Shown one piece after another: positions 1 to 11,635 of a DNA stretch of 64,000 bases. Every line of letters begins with the position of its first letter. Position 1 is the first letter of the stretch. The position numbers were made by a program, and so were the translations under genes. Source of the DNA: Rebecca billardiae RCC1528 (taxonomy: Eukaryota; Protista; Haptophyta). Under the pieces are notes generated by a model that was given only the letters and a program-made list of their open reading frames with translations, was not told the DNA's origin and did not search any database. The stretch spans positions 1,922,001 through 1,986,000 of the forward strand of contig OZ251231.1 in assembly GCA_965240325.2 (NCBI GenBank), in the 5' to 3' direction.

Positions 1-3000
1 GCTGCGGCTGCTGCGCCGCCCGTTCTTCCGCCGCGGCCCGTGCCGCCTGCGCTGCCGCCGCTCGGCTGCTCGGAGCCGGCGCCTGGGGCTGAGGCGGCAC
101 GTCAGCATCGGCCGCCGCGTGCGGCCAGCGCGCAAGAACGCTTGCGCGCGGCTGCGGCGGCTTGGGCAGCGCCTGCGCCTGCGCCCCCGGCGCATCGAAC
201 GGCGACTCCGGCAGGCTCTGCTGCTCCAACGGACGCGCCGGCTGCTGCGGCGTCGCCTGATCAGCCGCAAGCTGACCCGGCGCGTCAGTCGCGCCGGCGG
301 GCGCATGCGCTGCCGCCCGCGCGGTGGGGGCTTCGACAGCGGCAGCAGAAGGCGGGCGCTGGCTGGGGGCGTGCGCGGCTTGTGCGAGTGCGGCAGCCGC
401 CGTCGGCTGTGGCGCGGGCGGCCCTTCACGCGGCTCGGCCGCGCCTTGGCCGAGATTGTGCCTAGCAAGGGCCGCGGCGGCGCGGGAGCTCAACGCCACC
501 CCGGGCGCAGGCGATGCAGCGCTGGCCGTTGGTGCGCACGCGGCGACGGGGCCGGCGCACTGCGCGGGCTGCGACGGCGGAGGCTCGAGCGTGGGCTCCT
601 GCCCCTGGGCGCGCTGCTGATCGAGCTGCCGCCGCAGCTGCTGCCGCTGCCGCCAGTTCTGCGTCTGCTGCGCGGCTGGAGGCGGCGTGAGCTTGAGTGC
701 CTGCGCCTGCGCCGCGTGCGCGCGCTGCTCGGCTGCTGTGGCCGTGGCGGGCGCAGCTGACGCCGCGCCATCCGTGCGCGGCGCGAGCGGCGCGGCGGAG
801 GGCTGCGCTGGGGTGCGCTCGACAGGCTGCGCGGGCTGCCGCCGTTGCGGGGGCGGCTGCGCGCCCACGTGCGCAGGTGCCTGCACGGCACCGCCCGCGC
901 TGGGCTGCGCCCTCGCAGCCGTTGCAGCGGCCACGGTGGGTGTGCCGCCTGGCGGCTGCTGCCCTGCGCCCGTTGCCGGGACCGCGGGCGCTTCCTGCGA
1001 CGGCGCGGCCGCGAGAGCCGCAGCGGTCGGTGCACGCCCCGCGCCGCGCCCCTGAGCTGCTGCACCCGCGCTCGTCTCGACGGGCCCGCCGCACGCGGCC
1101 GCAGGCCCGGCCGGGCGCGTCTGCGGCGGCGGCTCCGAGCGCGCCGCCTCGGCCACGTCCAAGCTCACCGACTCTGGGCCGAGTGGCTCGGCGCCGTGCG
1201 TGGCCTCGGGCTCTGGCGGATCGTCGGCGTACGAGATGCCCGCCCCACGCAGCGCCGCTCCGGAGTGCGAGCTCGCCCCGCCCTGCTTCTCGAACGCGCG
1301 CGCTCGCCACTTGCTCCGCCCAAAGTACCCAGCGCACGCGCACAGAACGAACAGACCCACCAGTGCGCCCGCGACTGACAGGCCGACGGTGAGCTCGGGC
1401 GCGGTCGTCGCGTGCTCCGCTTCAGCCAGCTGCGGGCCCGCTGTGCTGTCGTCGTCATCGTCGCCGCCGCCGCCGCCGCCGCCACCGCCACCGCCACCGC
1501 CGCCGCCGCCACCCCCGCCGCCGCCGCCAGCCCCCTCCTCGTCCTCGTCCTCGTCCTCGTTGACGCGCGTGACAGCGAGGACGGTCATGTTGAGCGCCGC
1601 GCCGAGCTGCGAGCTGTCGAGCGCCGTGAGCCGGGCCTCGATGTCGTCGATCGCGTCGAGCGTCGCGTTCGGCCCCGTCGCCGCCGCGGCGCCCGCCTCG
1701 CTGATGCGCGTGCGCGCGATCACCGAGCCCGCGCGCAGAGGCAGCAGCACGGCCACCTGCGAGCCGTTCACGGCAATGGCTTCCGCCAGCCGCAGCTCAA
1801 AGCCGGCCACGTCGAAGCTGCCCAGCTCGCCCGCGAGGGTGAAGTCGTACAGGATGCTCGGCGGCGGCGGGGGCGGCGGCGGCGGCGGCGGCGGCGAGGT
1901 CGGCGGGGTGGGCGGCGGTGACGGCGGCGGTGACGGCGGCGGCGGCGATGGCGGCGGTGACGGCGGTAGCGACGGCTGCGGGCTCGGCGGCGCGGGCGGC
2001 GGGACTGGGCTGGGCGGCGCGGGCGGCGACGAGGGCGGGCTCGGCGGCATCCACGGCACGAGCGAGACGATGTGCACGCCGCCCTTGCCCGAGTGCCGGC
2101 TCGTCTCGCCCAGCACGAGCTCGACGGTGCCGTCGCCGTCCACGTCGCCCAGCGAGACCATCGAGGCGAAGGCGCGCGACGAGTCGGAGCCGGCGACCTC
2201 GCCAACGTCCGCGCGCGTGATGTACGTGGTGCCCTCCGCCTTGGCCGTGCCGTTGGGGTGGAGCAGGAGGACGTGCGCGACGGTGTCCGAGTTGGGCGCG
2301 CCGACGGCGAGCTCGGGCACGCCGTCGCCGTCCAGATCGTCCAGCGCCGCGAGCGACGAGCCAAACCACGTCTGCAGCGCCGCGGTGGGCCGGAGCTTGG
2401 AGACAGCGCCGCCGACCACGCCGCCCGCGCTGCCCAGGAAGAGCACGTACACGGCGCCCGCGCCGACGCCGGCGTCGTTGTCCTCGGACGCGCCGACCGC
2501 GAGCGCCGCGACCGCGCCGTCGATCCCGCTCGCCCCGGCCAGCCCGGGCAGCGGCGCGACGGACACGCCGAACCGATCTCCGAGCGCCATCTCGGGAACG
2601 CCGCCCTCGCCGCCCATCAGCCGCGCGCGCAGGGCGCCGTCCGGCTCGCCGTCGGTGCCGAGGGAGAGGAGGTGCACGGCGCCTTTGCCGATGTTGGTGG
2701 CCGACGCGCCGACGGCGAGGACCGCGTGCGCGCCGCGCGCCAGCGCGAGCTCCGGCACGTCGGCCACCGCCGATCCGAACGCCTCGGGCTCACCCTCGGG
2801 CTCGGAGACGTGCACGAGCGTGCGGTGCTCGATCGCCGTGCGGTCGGCGCGGAGGTAGGTGATGACGACCGCGCCCGAGGGATGGTGCTCCGAGGAGCCG
2901 CACGCGATGGCGGCGACACTCTCCGCCGGCACGCCGATCGCGCCGGCCGACACGAGCGCCGGCACGTCCGCGACCGCGCCGCCGTACTCGCGGTACAGGT

Positions 3001-3337
3001 AGTTCGGCCCCGGCTGGTCGATCTCGGAGAGGTCGAGGGCGGCGTCGGCGCTCGTGATCGGGGCCGCGAAGAGCGTCGGGAAGATCCCGCCCCACGCGCC
3101 GACCACGAGCACTGCCCCCGCCGAGCCGGGCGGCTGCGCCGCGGCCAGCCCGGGCGAGCGCGTCAGGCCCTTGCCGTAAGCGCGCCAGTTGGGCAGCTCG
3201 AAGCCGGGCGTGTTCTCCGTGTCGATGAGGCGGCGAAAGGCGACGGCCTGCAAGTACGGCTCCGCGCTTGCCGGCGCGAGCAGCTGCAGCAGCAGCAGCG
3301 GCGCGCAAGCCATCGCGACGAGCGAGGCGGGGAACAT
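1..3337 (-). CDS. FG-GAP repeat (integrin alpha-like) type I membrane protein; 3' end runs off the window
   Basis: Hand-translated minus-strand frame, absent from the ORF track, probably because no stop lies in the window. It has a signal peptide MFPASLVAMACAPLLLLQLLAPASA, Ca-binding FG-GAP motifs DLDGDGVPELAVGAP (~2295-2345) and DVDGDGTVELVLG (~2110-2150), and a PPSPP linker (~1860-2050). These are followed by an SEA-like segment with GSVI, a poly-Gly tract, TM LTVGLSVAGALVGLFVLCACAGYF and a long A/P/Q-rich tail. Confidence 0.8.
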   Translation of the reverse strand, partial: MFPASLVAMACAPLLLLQLLAPASAEPYLQAVAFRRLIDTENTPGFELPNWRAYGKGLTRSPGLAAAQPPGSAGAVLVVGAWGGIFPTLFAAPITSADAALDLSEIDQPGPNYLYREYGGAVADVPALVSAGAIGVPAESVAAIACGSSEHHPSGAVVITYLRADRTAIEHRTLVHVSEPEGEPEAFGSAVADVPELALARGAHAVLAVGASATNIGKGAVHLLSLGTDGEPDGALRARLMGGEGGVPEMALGDRFGVSVAPLPGLAGASGIDGAVAALAVGASEDNDAGVGAGAVYVLFLGSAGGVVGGAVSKLRPTAALQTWFGSSLAALDDLDGDGVPELAVGAPNSDTVAHVLLLHPNGTAKAEGTTYITRADVGEVAGSDSSRAFASMVSLGDVDGDGTVELVLGETSRHSGKGGVHIVSLVPWMPPSPPSSPPAPPSPVPPPAPPSPQPSLPPSPPPSPPPPSPPPSPPPTPPTSPPPPPPPPPPPPSILYDFTLAGELGSFDVAGFELRLAEAIAVNGSQVAVLLPLRAGSVIARTRISEAGAAAATGPNATLDAIDDIEARLTALDSSQLGAALNMTVLAVTRVNEDEDEDEEGAGGGGGGGGGGGGGGGGGGGGGGDDDDDSTAGPQLAEAEHATTAPELTVGLSVAGALVGLFVLCACAGYFGRSKWRARAFEKQGGASSHSGAALRGAGISYADDPPEPEATHGAEPLGPESVSLDVAEAARSEPPPQTRPAGPAAACGGPVETSAGAAAQGRGAGRAPTAAALAAAPSQEAPAVPATGAGQQPPGGTPTVAAATAARAQPSAGGAVQAPAHVGAQPPPQRRQPAQPVERTPAQPSAAPLAPRTDGAASAAPATATAAEQRAHAAQAQALKLTPPPAAQQTQNWRQRQQLRRQLDQQRAQGQEPTLEPPPSQPAQCAGPVAACAPTASAASPAPGVALSSRAAAALARHNLGQGAAEPREGPPAPQPTAAAALAQAAHAPSQRPPSAAAVEAPTARAAAHAPAGATDAPGQLAADQATPQQPARPLEQQSLPESPFDAPGAQAQALPKPPQPRASVLARWPHAAADADVPPQPQAPAPSSRAAAAQAARAAAEERAAQQPQ

Positions 3338-3744
3338 GCCCGCCAAGAGTGCGTGGACGGGGGAAGGGGTGCTTGATGCCCACCGCCGCACCAGCAAACG
3401 CAATTTGCCGTTTCGCGGGCCTCGTTGTTACAGGTGAAGTAAAGTACTAAAGTCCCCTTGAGTAAAGTATCATCAGCGCGCGCGTCCGCTGCGCTCAATA
3501 GTAAACCAGTAGCTAGTACGTACGGCTTCATGGGCGGTGACAGTTGGCGGGCGTCAATCTCGCCTGCCTGAGCTGTGTGCGTCTCTTATTCTTAGTTTCA
3601 AACTGTATGGGGGTAAGAAGACATCAGCCTCAGTAGTCTGAGTAGTGTCGGCATCTGCGCGGCGGTGTCCCGCTTGGCGGCGCTGGCGAGTGACGACGAC
3701 ATCAGGCTCCAACGGCACCCGGTGTCAACCGGCTCAGCCGATGA

Positions 3745-4365
3745 TCACAGCTGCACATTGGCGATGATGGTGTCTGCGAGGCCGTCCGCTCTTGAAAACT
3801 CGTACGACGAGATGGTGCCGTTCAGGTCGAGGTCGAACATGGACCAGCACGCGTCGACGGCCTGCCGGATGGTCATCTGCCTCGAGGGGTCGTGTGCGCG
3901 GAAGGTCTCGATGAGCGCGTTCGCGATCTCCTGCCGGTCGAGCGTGCCCGACCTATCCTTGTCGTAGTGGGCGAACCACGCCTCTTTGCTGGCTCTGATG
4001 TCCGGCGGCGCGGCGCCATAGCCCGGCGGGGCATGGTATGGCGGTGCAGAGGGCGCGTACCCCGGGGGAGGCACGGGTGTGCCCACCACTGGCGGGTGCG
4101 GGGGCGGGGGCGCCGCCGCTGCCGCGTCGGGGATGTGCACGTCGAAGGTCATGCCCGTGGTGACGCCGCTCGGCACCGTCACCTGCGGCGCGGCCAAAGG
4201 CAACGCGCACGTGAGGTGCCGGCTGCGCCGCGCGATGGTCCCTCGCGGTGGCTCGCGGTGGCACGGCGGTACCTGGTACATCTGTTGCGTCTGTGGGTGC
4301 GCCACCTGAATCACCGAGCCACCTGCAGCGCCCGGAGGGCACACAACGCGCACGGCGGTCGTCAT
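3745..4365 (-). CDS. Small Pro-rich protein with two EF-hands (one intron, 4183-4272)
   Basis: EF loops DKDRSGTLDRQE and DLDLNGTISSYE. N-terminal V-x-x-P-x-G...G repeats. In-frame 90-nt GT-AG intron. Confidence 0.8.
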   Translation of the reverse strand: MTTAVRVVCPPGAAGGSVIQVAHPQTQQMYQVPPCHREPPRGTIARRSRHLTCALPLAAPQVTVPSGVTTGMTFDVHIPDAAAAAPPPPHPPVVGTPVPPPGYAPSAPPYHAPPGYGAAPPDIRASKEAWFAHYDKDRSGTLDRQEIANALIETFRAHDPSRQMTIRQAVDACWSMFDLDLNGTISSYEFSRADGLADTIIANVQL

Positions 4366-4547
4366 CGAGGATGGCGGACGTGAGCTGGAATCTGTACGAC
4401 GGGCTTTGGCAGTTGGCGACGTAGTCCGGATCTGCATCCGGGCGCGCGCGGGCACATCTAAAGAGTCGCACGGCGACGGTTTCAAGTCAGAAGTATGGCG
4501 GCCAAACTTTCGCGCGAATCGATTCTCCGTCGTTTGGCCGTCGAAAC

Positions 4548-7500
4548 ATGGCCCTGTCGAACCGGCCGCGACGGCTCGGCGGCAACGCCAAGGCGCGCGG
4601 GGGGCCCCCGGCCGTGCCGGGCATCGCGCACGCGGTGTTCGCGCGCGTGCGCGCCACGCGCCGCGCCGACCACCTGCGCGTCTCGGACGTCTTCCAGGCG
4701 TGGGACGCCGACCGCGACGGCGTGTTGTCGCCGCGCGAGTTCCGGCGCGGCGCCTCGCGCGTCGGCATCGACATCCCGGACGACGAGTGGGCGCGCACGG
4801 TGAAGAGCATGCCCACGCTCTCGTTCGCCGAGTTTCGCGCCTTCCTCGAGGCCGAGCCCGGCGAGCTCGACGAGGCGATCTCGGCGCACGGTTCCGGCCC
4901 GCCGCGCGCGCGATCGCGCGCGCTCTCGCCGACGCTCGGCTCGCCTGGCGACTCCCCGGGCGCGTCGCGGGCGACGGCCGCAGTGCGCGTGCCCGAGCGC
5001 TTCGGATCCCCGCCTCGCGACTCCCCGGAGAGTAGCGACCACGGACGGCCGCTCTCGCCCACGCCCGGCTCCGCTCGCAGTGCGCCGAGGGGCGGGCCTC
5101 GCGCGCACGCGGCGGCGCGCGTGCGCGAGCACGCGCACTCTCCGCCGCACTCGCCGTCGGGCGGCAGCGAGCACGGGCGGCCGCTGTCGCCAACGCTCGT
5201 GTACGGCCACGGCGTTGCGCGCGCGTCGCGCACGACCACATCCGCGCGCGTGCACGAGCGCTCGGTCTCGCCGCCGCGCTCGGCGCGCGTCGGCAGCGCT
5301 GCCCACAGGCCTCGCTCGATGCGCGCGGGTGGCAGCCCTCGCCCTGGGGCCCGGCCCGCGGTGCAGCGCAGCAGTACCAGTGCCAGCGCCCACGCCACGT
5401 CGCCACCACCGCCGCCGGCCAAGGCGCCCTCGCCCGCGGGGCACGCGCGCACACGCGACGCTGACGCCGAGGCCGCTCACCTGTTTGTGGCGGCGGAGGC
5501 GCAGGCGCGCGCGGAGGCGGACGCGGAGGAGGCGCGCGGTCTGCGGCTGCGCGTGGCGAGGCTCGAGGCCGAGCTGGCCGAGCGCGCGGCGGACGATCGG
5601 CGGCGCCCCGACGCCGACAGCAGGCGCCATCCGGCGGCGGCGCAGGCCTCTGCCGCGGGCGCGCACCGGCGGCACGTGCGTGGCACTTGGCTGGAGAGGG
5701 AACCGATGCAGGCGGCAGCCGAGAGGGGCGGGCACGCTCCGGTCGGCAGCGGCCGCTTCGAGCAGCGCGGCGCAGCAGCAGCAGCCCCACCTGCGCCCAC
5801 GCACCCTGCCGCCCCCTCCTCCCCGGACTCGTGGCGCGTGCGCGCCCTCGAGCACGAGGTGGAGGGACTGCGGCAGCGCGCGGCCGACGCGGCGCGTTTT
5901 GCCGCGCTTGAGTCGAGCGTGGTGCAGATGGCGTCGGCGCTGGCGATCAGGGCGGGGGAGGTCGCGGCGCAGGGCTCGCCGCCGGGCAGGCGCGCGGACG
6001 CGGCGCCAACGCCCGCGCGCGCGAGCACCGGCGGTGCTGCCGACGGCGAGATCGCGCCTACCAGCGCACCGGCCCGCAGCGCGGAAGCAGCGGCGCAGCC
6101 TGCACCCAACGCGCCCCCACAGCCGCCGCCGCTTCCGCCGCCGCCGCAGCCGCCGCCGCAGCCGCCGCCGCAGCCGCCGCCGCTTCCGGAGGAGTGGCAT
6201 GATCCCAACGCGGCGCGGCGCGCGGCGCTCGCCGCTGCGCTCGACGACGCCGGCCCCGCCGGTGCTGCCCCGCCGGAGGCGGCGGAGGGCGCCTCGCCCC
6301 TGCTGTTTGCGCGCGCCGAGGGGCGCGCCGAGCGCAGCAGCGGTGGCGCGCTCGGCGCAGAGTACCGCCATGCGTATGCGCACGCGCGCCGCGCATTCAC
6401 GCCGCCGCCGAGGCCGCCGCCGCCGCCGCCGACGCCGCCGCCGCCGCCGATGTCCGCGCAGCCGAGCCGGCGGCACGGGCCCGTGCTCGGCCGCGCGCGC
6501 TCCGTGGCGCGCGCGCGCCACTCGCCCTCGCCGCCGCGCTCGCCGCCGCGCTCGCCGCCGCGCTCGCCGCGCCGCGCGCCGCTGCTGCTCCGAGCGTCGG
6601 CGGCGCACGCGCGGCCCCTGGGCCGTATGCACGGCCCCGGCAGCCCGCCCTCTCTCTCGCCGCCTCGGCGCTCGCCGCCCGGCTCGCCGCGATGGCGCGC
6701 GGGCGGCCGCTGGTCGCCGCAGCCACCCGCCTCGCCGCCTCCGCCCCGCCACGGCAGCGGCGCCCCGCCGCCCGCGCACGCGTGGTCGGCACACGAGGTG
6801 CAGTCATGGCTGCTGAGCGTGGGGCTGGGCGCGCTGGGCGAGCACTCGGCGCGCGCGGGGGTGGACGGGGCTGCGCTGCTCGGCATGCCCGTGCCCGAGC
6901 TGCTCGCGGCGCTGGGGATCCTCCCGCCGGGCGGGGAGCCTGCCGCACGCCTCGTGGCGGCGCTCAGCCAGCTGCGGCGCGCGTGGTCAGAGGGTGGCGC
7001 CGGGCCGCCCGCCGGCGCGCATCTGCACTGGGCGCACCGCGCGCCGCCGCCGCCGCAGCCGCCGGGCTGGGCGGGGCCCGGCGGCGGCGGCGGCGGCGGC
7101 GCGTGGGCGTACCACGCCGTGCCCAGCCCGCGCGCGCTCGCGGACGGCCCGCTCTTTGCACGGCCGCCGTTCGCGCCGCCGCCGCCGCCGCAGCACGCGC
7201 ACGCGTGGGCGGGCACGCCGCCCCCTCCGGGCGGCGCGTGGCGCGGCCGCGTGCCCTGGGGCGACGTCGCCGAAGCCGAGCTCGCTCTGGTGCCCCCGTC
7301 CGGGCCGGGCTGGGCCGACGGCGCGGGCGCCGTGCGCAGGCACGAGCGGCGCATGCGCGGCGCGCTCGGCGGCGCGCGCACACGGGAGCGCAGGAGCCGG
7401 CACGCCCGGCGGCGCGAGCGCGGCGGCGCGCTGCCGCTTCCTCTCTCGCCCTCCTCCGCCTCCTCTGCCTCTGTGTCCTCAGCGTCGGGCTCGGAGGAGG

Positions 7501-10198
7501 AGGAGGCGGAGGGCGGCGAGTACGGCGGCGGCGGCGCGTGGGGGAGCAGCAGCCGGCACGGCAACTCCAGCACCTTGCGCGCGCGCGGCGGCACCCTCCT
7601 CGTCCGAGTGGGCGGCGTGCTCGCACCGTCCGAGCCAGGCGCGGCGTACGTGCAGCTGCGGCCGAGCGACCAGCCGCCCGGCCGCGCGACGCGCGTGCTC
7701 GCGCCCGGTGAGGCGAAGCTGGAGGTGAGCCGCGCGTGCGCGCGGTACGGGAACATCGAGTGCCGCGTGGTGACGTGGGCGCCCGGCCGCGCCGAGCGGG
7801 TTGTCGGTTACGTCAGCGTGCCGTGCGCAGACGTGCGCGAGGCTGCCACCCTCTCGGGCGCGTGGGCGGTGCGGCGCGCGCGCGGCGCGCCGGCGGGCGT
7901 CGAGCTGAGCATGTCGATGCACTGGCGCGCCGAGGCGCCGGAGGCGACGGCGGAGGGCGCGCTCGGCGGCGAGGGCCGGCTGCGCGCGATGGCGCCGCGC
8001 CGCGCGCACCACGGCCGCGCGTGGGAGCCGCCGCCGCCCAGCTCGCGCGCCGGCGGCGCGGCCGACGGCGGCGGTGTCGCCGCGCCCGCGCCGCGCGTCT
8101 CATTCGGCGCGCCGGGCGGCGGCGGCGGCGTGTTTCAGGCCGCGCGCGGCGCGGGCGGCTGCGGCTACGGCCTGTCCTCGGCGATGAGCGACGCCGGCGG
8201 CAGCGTGTTTGGCAGCACGCGTGGCTCGGGCAGCGGCCGCGCGCGCGCGCACGCGGGCGGCGGCGGCGGCGCCGCCGCCTCCGCCGAGCACGCGCTCGAA
8301 GACCTGACGTGGGACATTTCGCAGAAACTTCGCGCGACGCGCAAGGCGGCGGGGCGCAAGGTGGAACCGGAGCGGCGCGCGCCGCACATCGAGCGCGCGC
8401 GCCGGCTGGGCACACTGGCGCTCACGTTGGTGCAGGCGCATGACCTGATGGCCAAGGACAACATCCCGCCCTACACCAAGTCCGATCCGTACGTCGAGGT
8501 GTTCGCAGGTGCAAGCTGGGCGCGGTGTGGCGCGGTGTGGCGTGCTGTGCTGTGTTGTGGTGGCGCGGCCGCGGGGCGTGTGCGCGCGTGTTGGGCTGCG
8601 TGGCGCGTGTCTGTGTGCGTGCGCGCGCGCTCCGACCCGCGCCGCTTGCCCCTCCCCTCCGCCCACGCGCAGGCGAGGCCATGTGGCGCTCGCGCAAGCA
8701 GGAGCAGACGCTCGACCCGCACTGGGGCCGTCCGCACGTGGACGAGACCACGCTACCCATCGGCGCAGACGTGCTGTACCTGCACGTGCTGCTGTGGGAC
8801 TGGGACCGGCTGCGCGTCGGCCAGTACGACTACCTCGGTGAAAGCGCTGCGCTCGCGCACGCGCGCGCGGGGTTCAAGCTGGCCGCCGAGCGCCGCGGAG
8901 CAGAGCGGCGCCCGCAGGAGCGGTGGTGCCCAGGGCGGGCGTAGCTGCCCTCGCCCCCCGCTGCGCCGCTCTGAGCCCGCCCCGCCGCCCCGCCCCGCCC
9001 CCGCCCCGCCCCGCCACCACCGCCTCCGCCGCGCGCGCCCGCAGGCGAGATTGTGATCCCACTTCTGCCGCTGCTCGATGGCCAGCCGCGCGACGAGTGG
9101 TTCCACGTGTGCTCGCGGCTGGACGACCCGGCCGACTCGGTGCGCGGCCAGCTGCGGCTGCAGCTGCAGCTGCACGAGCTCGAGCCGGGCTCGGACGCGT
9201 TCCGGGCGGTGGCGGCGAGCGGGCGCGGGCTGCTTGACCTGGAGTACCTGCAGCTGATGGGCAAGCTGGGGTACGCAATGCCCAAGGGGGCGGTGGCGCG
9301 CGAGCCGTCGGCCGAGGACGCGCAGGGGGGCGAGGCGGAGTGGCTGCAGCGCGCGCCGGACGGCGGCGCCGTGCGCCCGAGCAGCCCGCGCGTCGGCGGG
9401 CGCGCGGGCGGCAGCCAGTGGGGCGCGGCGGCGTACGGCGGCGGCGCGCCGGAGCGCGAGCCGGGCGGCCCGGCCTCGCTCTCACGCATGTCGAGCGTGC
9501 ACTCGGTGCCCGCGTCCGCGCAGGGCGGCGGCGGCCTCCGCCCGTTCGCCCGCCCCGCCGTCACGGTCGAGGTGCCGCACTCGCCCACCGAGTCCTCCGC
9601 CTCGCACTTTGGCGGCGGCGGCGGGCGGCGCGGCGAGCGCAAGGGCGCGGCCTCGCGCACGACGCTCCCAGAGAACGCGCTCATGAGCGCGGACGTGCGC
9701 AGGCGCATCACGAGCGAGCGGCGCGGCGCGCTGCCCAAGTTCTTCGGCAGCGACCTCGGCTCGCACAAGAGCCTCAAGCGCGTGCCGGAGGAGAAGCTCG
9801 TCGGCCGGCTGCGCGTCGCGGTGCTCGAGGCGCACGGGCTGCGGCCGATGGACCGCGGCGGCACCTCCGACCCGTACGTGGTCGTGCACGTGGGCGAGTC
9901 CACCTTCCGCACGTCGACGGTGCAGGAGACGCTCGACCCGGTGTGGGGCGAGCCCGGCGTGGGCGAGGCGGTCGAGTTCGAGCTCGAGCAGCTCGACGAC
10001 ACCGCCGTCGTCCACGCGGTCGTCTTCGACTGGAACCGCGGCGCGAGCCACGAGTTCCTTGGCGAGGTGATCGAGCCGATCGGCGCGCTCGAGGGGCGCG
10101 GGCTGGTCGACTTTGAGTATGAGCTGGGCGGCGCGCCGGGCAAGGAGCACGAGGTGTCCGGGGGGCTGCGGATGCAGTTCGAGCTCATCCTGCGCTGA
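4548..10198 (+). CDS. Large EF-hand / SAM / C2 / C2 domain protein (introns 8509-8672, 8838-9044)
   Basis: EF loop DADRDGVLSPRE. SAM-like WSAHEVQSWLLSVGL...VDGAALL. C2 motifs LTLVQAHDLMAKD...SDPYVEV and LRVAVLEAHGLRPMDRGGTSDPYVVV...TLDPVW...VFDWN. The splice junctions restore the frame. Confidence 0.8.
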
Positions 10199-10354
10199 GC
10201 CGCTGCTGCTGCGCGCGCGCGGCGCGTCAGTCAGTCTGAGCGCAGCAGCACCGGAGCAGCAGTAGATCGGACCGTGCAACCGTACCCGCGCTCGTCTATT
10301 ATATTGCCAGGAGGAAGACCACGCGTCGGCGCGCGAGGACAATGTAGTATAGCA

Positions 10355-10355
<1 letters not shown>

Positions 10356-10435
<80 letters not shown>
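10356..10435. repeat. (TA)n microsatellite, ~40 units
   Basis: Direct reading. Confidence 0.95.
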
Positions 10436-10438
<3 letters not shown>

Positions 10439-10883
10439 GTCAAATAAGCAGTAGTACGGACTAGCTATATAGCGCTACGTCAGACGATATATACGAGCTG
10501 ATGGCGCCGGCTCGAGCACTCCGCACGCGCTCACCGCTCACACGCCGCGCGGCCCTGACAGTACTCACTCCGAAGACCGCTAGCCGTAGCGCGGCTGATA
10601 TCAGATGCGCGTCCACGCACGAATGAAGCGCGCGCTGCGCCGGCCTGCATCAGCCATCAGGATCATCATATCAGCATGCAGCTGCATGATAGATATATGA
10701 TGATGACAGCAGCAGTCTCAGCAGATCATGCATCAGCATATATCATCGATCATCAGCTGCTATAGCTAAGATGTGATGACGATGACGATGATATGGCCGA
10801 TGGCGGGCGATCGACTGTGACTGATGTGAGTGAGCAGACTCGAGCAGACGAGACTGATGAGTGCTCAGTTATACGGAGTAACT

Positions 10884-11261
10884 ACTAGTGTACGCCAGTG
10901 ACGATCGAATCCGGGCGGACTAACTACGCGAGTACGGCACGCCGCACGGCCACGGGCTACTCGCGTACTTATATGCCCGTCTATGGCGCCGGGGCGCCGT
11001 CGCTCAATAACTAGTGTACGCCAGTGACGATCGAATCCGGGCGGACTAACTACGCGAGTACGGCACGCCGCACGGCCACGGGCTACTCGCGTACTTATAT
11101 GCCCGTCTATGGCGCCGGGGCGCCGTCGCTCAATAACTAGTGTACGCCAGTGACGATCGAATCCGGGCGGACTAACTACGCGAGTACGGCACGCCGCACG
11201 GCCACGGGCTACTCGCGTACTTATATGCCCGTCTATGGCGCCGGGGCGCCGTCGCTCAATA
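10884..11261. repeat. Three exact tandem copies of a 126-bp unit
   Basis: Unit ACTAGTGTACGCCAGTGACG...GTCGCTCAATA starts at 10884, 11010 and 11136. Confidence 0.95.
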
Positions 11262-11635
11262 TCATTATCAAGACGCGACAATAATATCGATGATATATAT
11301 TATATCGGTCTCGGATGCCGTCATGCCGTGCTCGGGTACCGCGGTATATCGACATGATGACGACTGTCGTAGCAGCTAGTATAACGACGACATGCGCGCG
11401 CATGCATCAGGACGTGCGATCGACTCAGACTCGGTGTCAGAGTCAGGCCGCAGGTCTACGGTGCGTGCTGACGACAGCTGATGAGTCGGCGCTTGCACGA
11501 CTAGTGACATGGTGATGAGCGCATGCTGCTGAAAGGAGTGCATCATCATCTCCGCGCGGGCCGCACCCGCAGGGGCGAGTCGACCCTCTGTGACGCCGCC
11601 GGCCCGCCTCCACCGTCGACGCGCACGGCGCCGCC

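Noticed and set aside
10231-10443. ORF with an IYIY repeat
   Set aside because: It is a translation of the (TA)n microsatellite.
10884-11261. CRISPR array, tRNA/SINE or 42-aa repeat protein (ORF 10865-11281)
   Set aside because: The units are fully identical with no unique spacers and no cas genes nearby. There is only a weak box-B-like GGATTCGATC with no cloverleaf, and the ORF is a by-product of the 126-bp period.
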